From positions 28,915 through 92,914 of IMG/VR virus record IMGVR_UViG_3300012979_000032: 64,000 nt of DNA; one strand, given 5' to 3'. Below the pieces are notes generated by a model. That model had not been told where the DNA came from. It did not search any database and saw only the letters and a program-made list of their open reading frames with translations. Both the position numbers and the translations under genes were made by a program. Positions 57,796 to 64,000 of this stretch are shown piece after piece. Origin of the DNA: a virus (lineage: Duplodnaviria; Caudoviricetes). Each line of letters begins with the position of its first letter. Within the stretch, counting starts at the first letter, position 1.

Positions 57796-57957
57796 ATGGC
57801 TAAGAAGCAGGAAAACCCCAATTTCAAGAAGTCCTACAACAAGATGACCCCTGAGGAGCTCGCCATGTGGCTTCACGCCAATCGCAAGGCGCATGCTTTC
57901 TCTTCCAAGAAGGATTTCAAGCGCAACCCCAAGCACAGGGGGAAAGAGGACTTTTGA
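57796..57957 (+). CDS. 53 aa basic peptide
   Basis: Promoter 57743, AAGGAGG RBS, MAKKQENPNFKKSY...KKDFKRNPKHRGKEDF; terminator overlaps the stop. Confidence 0.75.
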   Translation: MAKKQENPNFKKSYNKMTPEELAMWLHANRKAHAFSSKKDFKRNPKHRGKEDF

Positions 57958-58701
57958 GTCCTCTTTTTATTCGTCGGCGCCTTCCCGGGCGTGCGGCGCC
58001 GTTTTCGCGCATAGTCCCCCTCTTCAGTATATCATAAATAAATTCAAATGTCAAGCATTTTTTTTACAAAATCCCGAAATTTTTATTAAATTTTGCTTAA
58101 AAATTGTTAAATTTGTGTGAAAAATGTTAAATTTTTATTAAATTTTCGTCATTTTTTCGTAAAATTTGTAACATTTTCGTAACATTTTGGGGTCAGGGGG
58201 CCCCAAAGCCCACAAAAAAGTGCCATATGCGCCCATTTTTCGTTGAAAGCGGGCCGCGCCCGGGCGCGCGGAGCCGACCTCCAGGACGCCGGGACCATTC
58301 GAAACAAAAGTTGAGGATGGGCGCGCGCGAAATCGAATCAATTTTTTCCCGAAAAGAAAAAAAATCTACCCGGGGCGCGTCTCGCGCCCCTCAAGGCCGG
58401 GAACAGGCATTATATGCGACCCGATCTAGTTTGAAAGCTGGCGTTTGACAAAATAAAAAAAATATGATATAATATAATCGTAAGATAAGGAAGAAAAAAT
58501 TTCTTCCCGCCACTAGAACATATCGAATGAGAGTGATCCAAAAGCCACTGTACGATCCAAAAGAAGAGAGAGCTGAAACTTTCCTCGTGAAAAATTTTGG
58601 CAGGCTTTGCGTGCCCAATTTTAATCTCTGAGATATTTCTTGACAAAAATAAAAAAATATGGTATAATATATATACAATGAAGAAAGGAAGTATATGTCC
58701 A

Positions 58702-59262
58702 ATGAGTATGTTTGATTCTAATGATTTCCTGAAGCTGATCCAGGAGGGCAAGATCTCCCCTGATACTATCACTCGTGATTTCACTGATGCTCTGAATGCG
58801 GCCCTGGCTGCGAAGAAGCAGGCGGACGAAGCTGCTGCTAAGAAGAAGGCCGAGGAAGAGGCTGCTCGCAAGCGTGAGGAGCTCAAGGCTGCTCTGGAGC
58901 AGGCCAAGGCCAAGTCCAAGCTGCGCGAGGCCGATGATATCGCTGCTCGCATCAATGCGTTCATGAAGACCCACTATGCGGATGTATTCGCCGCAGCTGG
59001 CGAGGAAACCGAGCAGGTTACCGGTGCCCAGTTCATTGAGGCTCTGGATGCGTCCATGGGTATGATTCGTAAGCTGGTTGAGCTGAAGAATCATCTGGAG
59101 GGTATGACTAAGAATATGGAGAAGCCTAAGGCTTGTGGCCATACTGGCAACTGTGATTGCGGCAAGATGTCTGATCCTTTTGCAGACATCTTCGGCATGA
59201 AGGAGCCGCCTATGCCTCATGATCCCATCATGGATTTCCTGAAGGCTAATAAGCTGCTGTAA
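58702..59262 (+). CDS. Coiled-coil hypothetical protein (186 aa)
   Basis: Promoter 58640, RBS, Ala/Glu/Lys-rich. Confidence 0.8.
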   Translation: MSMFDSNDFLKLIQEGKISPDTITRDFTDALNAALAAKKQADEAAAKKKAEEEAARKREELKAALEQAKAKSKLREADDIAARINAFMKTHYADVFAAAGEETEQVTGAQFIEALDASMGMIRKLVELKNHLEGMTKNMEKPKACGHTGNCDCGKMSDPFADIFGMKEPPMPHDPIMDFLKANKLL

Positions 59263-59668
59263 GATATACTGTTCCAGGAGAGAAGGAAAATAAGACTGGG
59301 CCTTCTCTCCAACGGGAACGGTGACGAGGAAAAATGATCACACAGTCTGGCCGAGGGGTGGCCAGGGCACTATCTCAATTTCTCACGATTTCTTACAATT
59401 CCCTACACTCCTTTACAATTCCTCTATAATATACTATAATTATTTCTCATAATTTTGTATCTGTTCCCCCCTACCTCCCTATCCCTAGGGAGGTTTTTCT
59501 TTTACCCCCACGCCTTCTCTCCCTCGCACGCAAAAATCCGCGCAGGAAAATAATTTTTAGCCTGAAGCGAAGCGCGTAGCGCGAAGCGGAAGGATAAAAA
59601 TTATTTTCCCCTCTATTACTATTTCTATTGTAACCGATGTTCCCAATTTTGTAAAGCGACCAGTTTTA

Positions 59669-59815
59669 TAGAAATTTTTGACCAAAAATAAGAAAAATTA
59701 ACACGATTTTCAACGTTCGTCAAGTGGTGTTAGGATGAGTGGTCAGAAAATTTTGACCATCTCTATAGAAAATTTTGACCACGAGTATAGAAAATTTTGA
59801 CCACCTCATCCTAAC
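59669..59815. repeat. Iteron cluster A with flanking inverted repeat
   Basis: YAGAAAWTTTTGACCA at 59669, 59744, 59766, 59788; GTTAGGATGAG...CTCATCCTAAC. Confidence 0.9.
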
Positions 59816-59822
59816 CTATACG

Positions 59823-60464
59823 TTAAACCCACTTTTCGCTCACGGTCAACTCAGGCAACTTATTTTTCACCCATTCTACCGAGATTCCCTCAGACGAGAT
59901 CTTATACGACAGTAGTCCCAAACGTGCGAGAATTTCTAGGGTATCATTAACAACCACATTATTCGATGTGGTTCCAGTAGCAATGCCAATGAAATCCTTA
60001 ATCTACCTCAATGTAGTCTCGAACCCCTCGCAGGCATTGGCGTAATACCTATTAAATAAATAGATATAAATATTGATACTGTTTTTCTACATGACATTCA
60101 TCAACTTCGCCAAGGTCTAATACTCTACTAGATTAGCCTCCATAGCATCTAAAGTGGTCAGATAATAATAGTTCTCATTAGCCCCTTCCTTAATGAGACC
60201 CTTATCCTCCAAGTACTTAAAATACTTTGCAATAGTCTTCCGTGCCATTGTCTTCTCGACCGTTCCGTCCGCAAGAGTCCTCGTGAAATCCTTCTCGATC
60301 GCGGTCCATTTAACTTTGCGCTTCTCAATGATTCGCTATGGCGAATCAATGGTCTCTCTTTCCGAGTTACACTATAGCCACGCATAAAGTAAATCGCAAT
60401 AATCTTTTTCTCTCGTTATAGATGAAATTGCCGGCATTTGACGTGAATTTTTTTCAATTTTCAT
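59823..60464 (-). CDS. TAG-recoded double winged-helix protein, probable replication initiator (213 aa, 5 TAG)
   Basis: GGGAGGTG RBS, ATG 60464, TAA 59823; ARKTIAKYFKYLEDKGLI and L..IKDFIG...VNDTLEILARLGLL wHTH-like motifs; flanked by iterons. Confidence 0.75.
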
Positions 60465-60548
60465 TTCATTTTCACCTCCCTCCCCCATAAGTGAATTTCG
60501 AAATGAATTTCTTAATTGGTTCTGCCCCATTATTCACGACCAAAAGTA

Positions 60549-60629
60549 TAGAAATTTTTGACCATTTCAATAGAAATTTTTGACCAAAAATATAGAAAAT
60601 TTTGACCATTTATCAGAAATTTTTGACCA
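60549..60629. repeat. Iteron cluster B
   Basis: YAGAAAWTTTTGACCA at 60549, 60571, 60593, 60614 (22, 22, 21 bp spacing), between the minus-strand promoter (~60655-60683) and the gene. Confidence 0.9.
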
Positions 60630-60777
60630 TTTTCATCCCCCACGCCCACATCTATATTATAACATATTTTTGTTTTCAAATCAACTATATGCGGCATTAG
60701 ATTCTCACTTGATTTTTTGAAAATAAAATGTTATAATATATATAAAGAATAAGAGAAAAAATAAGGAGCGGGGTATT

Positions 60778-61143
60778 ATGAAAGCATTCGTCGCAATCAT
60801 CTTCGTCATTTGTATTCTTCTCGTCGTTGGAGTTGTTTTCATCGCAGCGGATAGCGGATCTGGTACAGTAATCGCAGTGACTGATGAGCCAGGAGTGATT
60901 ATGGATCTCTACAAACACTCCTATCTGCGCACCATCAACGCCGGCAAAACTAAGACTTATTACACCGACATTGACTATTTTGCCGAAGTAATGGTTAATT
61001 CTCAAATCCTTCAAGTTGAAATTACTGAACGAGAATACTTCACTCTTTATACTGGCGAAGAAGTAATTCTTACTACTTATACCACCGAAGGTGGTATAAG
61101 TAAGAATATTTATTATACTTACAGCATAAAAGTTTTTGATTGA
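60778..61143 (+). CDS. Membrane-anchored hypothetical protein
   Basis: N-terminal TM helix; promoter ~60709. Confidence 0.75.
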   Translation: MKAFVAIIFVICILLVVGVVFIAADSGSGTVIAVTDEPGVIMDLYKHSYLRTINAGKTKTYYTDIDYFAEVMVNSQILQVEITEREYFTLYTGEEVILTTYTTEGGISKNIYYTYSIKVFD

Positions 61144-61203
61144 CTTTTCTGAAAAATTATACTATAATATATTTATAAGATAAATAAAAGGAGAGATACC
61201 CCC

Positions 61204-61629
61204 ATGGAGAAAAGAACTCATATTGCAATTTTTAACGTCAATGATGCTTTGTCTCTCCAGCTTAATGCGATCAAAATCCGCGACGAGGAAGATATTCCAA
61301 AAGCGATTGATATTGCCATCGCCCATGCAAATCACCAAATCGAATCAGCTGCGGCCAAGGGCCATAACTGCACTCCCATTGATTTCAGTCCCGCGATTTC
61401 ACAATTCCCCGACTCTCTGCGCGTTGAACATTGGTCTATGGTTATTGACCATGTTCATGGGCTTTTGCGCGGAGCCGGTTATTGGGTCCACAAGACCAGA
61501 ATCGCAAAGGGTCGTGGCTCGGCTCTTGTAATTTGGGATCCGCTTAAGGAAGAGCAGTGGCAGAGAGCGCATGAAACACTTGCGCCTGAACCTGCGCGTA
61601 AACGTAGCATTTTTAACTGGAAAAAGTAA
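61204..61629 (+). CDS. Hypothetical protein
   Basis: Promoter ~61140, AAGGAG RBS. Confidence 0.8.
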   Translation: MEKRTHIAIFNVNDALSLQLNAIKIRDEEDIPKAIDIAIAHANHQIESAAAKGHNCTPIDFSPAISQFPDSLRVEHWSMVIDHVHGLLRGAGYWVHKTRIAKGRGSALVIWDPLKEEQWQRAHETLAPEPARKRSIFNWKK

Positions 61630-61730
61630 ATATGTAAGTGAGGACGAAAGTTCTCACTTGATTTTTATAAAAAAATATGTTATTATATATATGTAAGATA
61701 AAGCAAAGGACAATGAAAGGGGAATGAAAA

Positions 61731-62303
61731 ATGATCTACAGCACCAATCATTACAATAAGTCTCAGCGCGAACAGCTTGGCTTTGGTGAGGCTGGTTATA
61801 TCATGATCTGCAAAGGTGATACTTATGCTTATAAGGATTGGCTGAAGGAACAGGGTGCCTGCTATCGTAAGTGGTGGGGTTGGGCTTTCGCCTCTACGAT
61901 TCCCCTCCCTGAGCTCCCCGCAGGTATCACCGCGATTCGTCTCGATTGGGATAAGGTTGGCGATGCCGACGGTATGAATCTCTTCCCCGAAGAGAAGATT
62001 AAGTTGGTTGTAGATTCTCTTATCTATGACCCCACTCCCTCCAAGTATGTCGGTTCTATTGGCGACCGTCTTGAGCTGACTCTGACTGTTCAGCGAGTCA
62101 TTGATCTCGATGGCTACTATGGCCCCTCCCATATGCACGTCATGGTTGACGCCGATGAAAATGTCTTTGTCTGGACCACTGCGTCCAAGAAGTGGGAGAC
62201 GGGCAAGACTTACCATCTCCGTGGTACTGTCAAAGAGCACCGTACTTACCGTAACACTCAGCAGACTTGTTTGACCCGATGCATTGAAATTAAGAAGAAG
62301 TGA
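61731..62303 (+). CDS. Protein with C-terminal OB-fold-like domain
   Basis: SKYVGSIGDR...GYYG...VFVW...LRGTVKEH..YRN..QT.LTRC. Confidence 0.7.
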   Translation: MIYSTNHYNKSQREQLGFGEAGYIMICKGDTYAYKDWLKEQGACYRKWWGWAFASTIPLPELPAGITAIRLDWDKVGDADGMNLFPEEKIKLVVDSLIYDPTPSKYVGSIGDRLELTLTVQRVIDLDGYYGPSHMHVMVDADENVFVWTTASKKWETGKTYHLRGTVKEHRTYRNTQQTCLTRCIEIKKK

Positions 62304-62314
62304 GGTAATTTTAT

Positions 62315-62527
62315 ATGAAAATGTGGGCACATACCCGGGATTCTCGTGAAGATCTCGCCTTCACTTGCTTCGTCGTTCATGAAGAAGAACTCAATGAAAT
62401 CGTCGACAAGATTTGTAGCGGTGAACTCCATCCGTCTACCTGTCAGTGGCTGTCTTACGACGATATTTGCTACATTGAGAAGGAAGTCGAAAAGCGCCTT
62501 GGAGTTCCTTGTGATCTCTCCCTGTAA
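62315..62527 (+). CDS. Hypothetical protein
   Basis: GAGGT RBS, TAA stop. Confidence 0.7.
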   Translation: MKMWAHTRDSREDLAFTCFVVHEEELNEIVDKICSGELHPSTCQWLSYDDICYIEKEVEKRLGVPCDLSL

Positions 62528-62598
62528 GCCCTACTTGATTTTCTTATAAAAATTTGTTATAATATATATGTAAGATAAAGAAAAGAGGAATGATAAGT

Positions 62599-64000
62599 AT
62601 GGGTCTTTTGGACATGGTAACTGCGGAAGAACGGGAACTCATTATGAACCAGATTAGAAATTACTCACTTTCTAACGGCGATCGTGCCGACATGGACGTG
62701 TGGAATTTCAATCACGTTTTCCGTGAATGGGGTTGGGCCAAAGGTCAGTACCTCTATCATATTTTCAAGGCGGCGACCGGCGAAGAGACTTTGATCCTGC
62801 GCAAAGAGGTCGAATTCGCGAAAGATTCCGACGAAATCGCCGAAGAACTGGATAACATGGCTTATCCGTCCTGTTTCAATGACATCATCGGCATTTTCGA
62901 TAATCTAGTTCATTATACCGATCCTTTCGATTGGCAGCGTGGATCATTGGAAATTGAAGATCGAGTGCCGGAGTGCCTGCGCCAGGTATCGTCGGACTAT
63001 GCCTACGATATGCGGAAAGCGATTCTCCTGTTGACTTGCATCCCTACCTTGGCCTGTAATGTTTATACTGGCCGCACCGTAGAAATCCCCATCCCGAACG
63101 GCAAAAAGCTGAAAATCAATCAGGGTAGCCGAGCCGTAAAAATGCTTGGTAAACTGGTTGAAGCATTTGGCTTTGACAAGGCTGAGTTTGAAAATTATCG
63201 AATTTCTCATTCTCAGATTCTGAACCAGAAGAAGCTCAAGGGAACCCTGTGCCTTTCTATCCATCCGCTTGATTATATTACCATGAGCGACAATGACAGC
63301 GGTTGGGAATCCTGTATGAGTTGGGAAAATCAGGGTTGCTATCGTCAGGGTACCGTAGAAATGCTGAACTCTGATTGTGTTGTGGTTGCTTATCTCGAAG
63401 CAGAAAGACCCATGAGGATGACGCGAGAGCTCTCCTGGAATAATAAGAAGTGGCGCGAGTTGTATATTGTTACTCCGGATGTCGTTACCAATGTAAAAGG
63501 TTATCCGTATTGTAACTCCAACTTGACCGCTGAAGTCCTTAACTGGTTGCGCGAACTGATCCAAAAGAGTGGTTTGGAACAGTTTAGCGAGTACGATAAT
63601 AAAATTTACCATCACGGCGGCGAGGAAGAGTTTGATGACCTTCTGCGCGAACGAGAAATCACTCTTCGATTCCATACTGGATTGATGTATAACGATTTCG
63701 GTCATCCTTACCAGTATTGCCTCGTGCGCTCCTCCCTTCCTAATCAGAGTCATAGAGAAATCAATTATTCTGGCGCATCTGAATGTATGCTTTGCGGCGA
63801 ACTCGACCCTGAGTTTGTGAATAATTCTGAAGCAATGAATCTGGTTTGCCGTAGTTGCGATAATGTTGTGATTTGCGCTTGTTGCGGCGAACCTGTCTAT
63901 GACCATGATTATGTATATATCAACGATGAACCCATTTGTATCCCCTGCTCCGAAGATTATTATGTCTATGATGCTGTAAATGAAGAAGCCATTCATAAGG
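62599..64000 (+). CDS. Large hypothetical phage protein with C-terminal CxxC repeats (runs off window)
   Basis: Promoter ~62536, ATG 62599; LSIHPLDYITMSDN..GWESCM motif; the listed 62944..63996 minus ORF is its antisense shadow. Confidence 0.8.
   Translation, partial: MGLLDMVTAEERELIMNQIRNYSLSNGDRADMDVWNFNHVFREWGWAKGQYLYHIFKAATGEETLILRKEVEFAKDSDEIAEELDNMAYPSCFNDIIGIFDNLVHYTDPFDWQRGSLEIEDRVPECLRQVSSDYAYDMRKAILLLTCIPTLACNVYTGRTVEIPIPNGKKLKINQGSRAVKMLGKLVEAFGFDKAEFENYRISHSQILNQKKLKGTLCLSIHPLDYITMSDNDSGWESCMSWENQGCYRQGTVEMLNSDCVVVAYLEAERPMRMTRELSWNNKKWRELYIVTPDVVTNVKGYPYCNSNLTAEVLNWLRELIQKSGLEQFSEYDNKIYHHGGEEEFDDLLREREITLRFHTGLMYNDFGHPYQYCLVRSSLPNQSHREINYSGASECMLCGELDPEFVNNSEAMNLVCRSCDNVVICACCGEPVYDHDYVYINDEPICIPCSEDYYVYDAVNEEAIHK

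Larger units (their letters stand above)
38640..57960. repeat. Array of ~50 repeated promoter-RBS cassettes (early/host-takeover-like region)
   Basis: Recurrent A-tract + TTGACAA-N16-TA(T/C)AAT with TG extension, then a leader ending GAAAGGAAnTGATACT-ATG, every 100-700 bp. Confidence 0.95.

Noticed and set aside
38640-57960. CRISPR array or classical integron
   Set aside because: The repeats are degenerate promoters separated by gene-sized payloads; no constant repeat/spacer lengths, no cas or integrase gene, no attC RYYYAAC/GTTRRRY ends seen.
60158-60385. 75 aa minus ORF from the track, and an apparent frameshift in the Rep-like gene
   Set aside because: It is an alternative frame inside the recoded 59823..60464 gene, which is continuous on re-reading.

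Overview
A 64 kb segment of a large tailed dsDNA phage. Sigma-A-type promoters, strong AGGAGG/GAAAGG RBSs and an AbrB-family gene suggest a Bacillota (probably clostridial) host. There are three parts. (1) 1-37 kb, minus strand: an AT-rich head/tail module that the standard-code ORF track shatters because TAG is used as a sense codon, most likely Gln (code 15). Read that way, the fragments join into terminase, portal, protease/scaffold, capsid, neck and tail genes, a ~4550 aa tape measure protein and a ~1877 aa tail protein. (2) 38.6-58 kb: a GC-richer array of about 50 near-consensus sigma-A promoter cassettes. Most drive one small code-neutral gene (no in-frame TAG; TAA/TGA stops); some drive only a short structured non-coding RNA. 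The array is punctuated by CCCGGG-type junction motifs, GC hairpins and islands of host-regulator-like operators (perfect DnaA boxes, tandem ARG boxes, WalR/OmpR-like 11-bp repeats), and contains a triplicated small-RNA + winged-helix module and a ~330 nt RNA with tRNA-like elements. (3) 58.7-64 kb: further early/middle genes and a TAG-recoded double winged-helix gene, absent from the ORF track, flanked on both sides by 22-bp-spaced iterons (probable replication initiator and origin). No suppressor tRNA or release factor was seen in this window. All calls are by eye; no database searches were run, and the two very long recoded genes were checked for frame continuity and spot-read, not read codon by codon.
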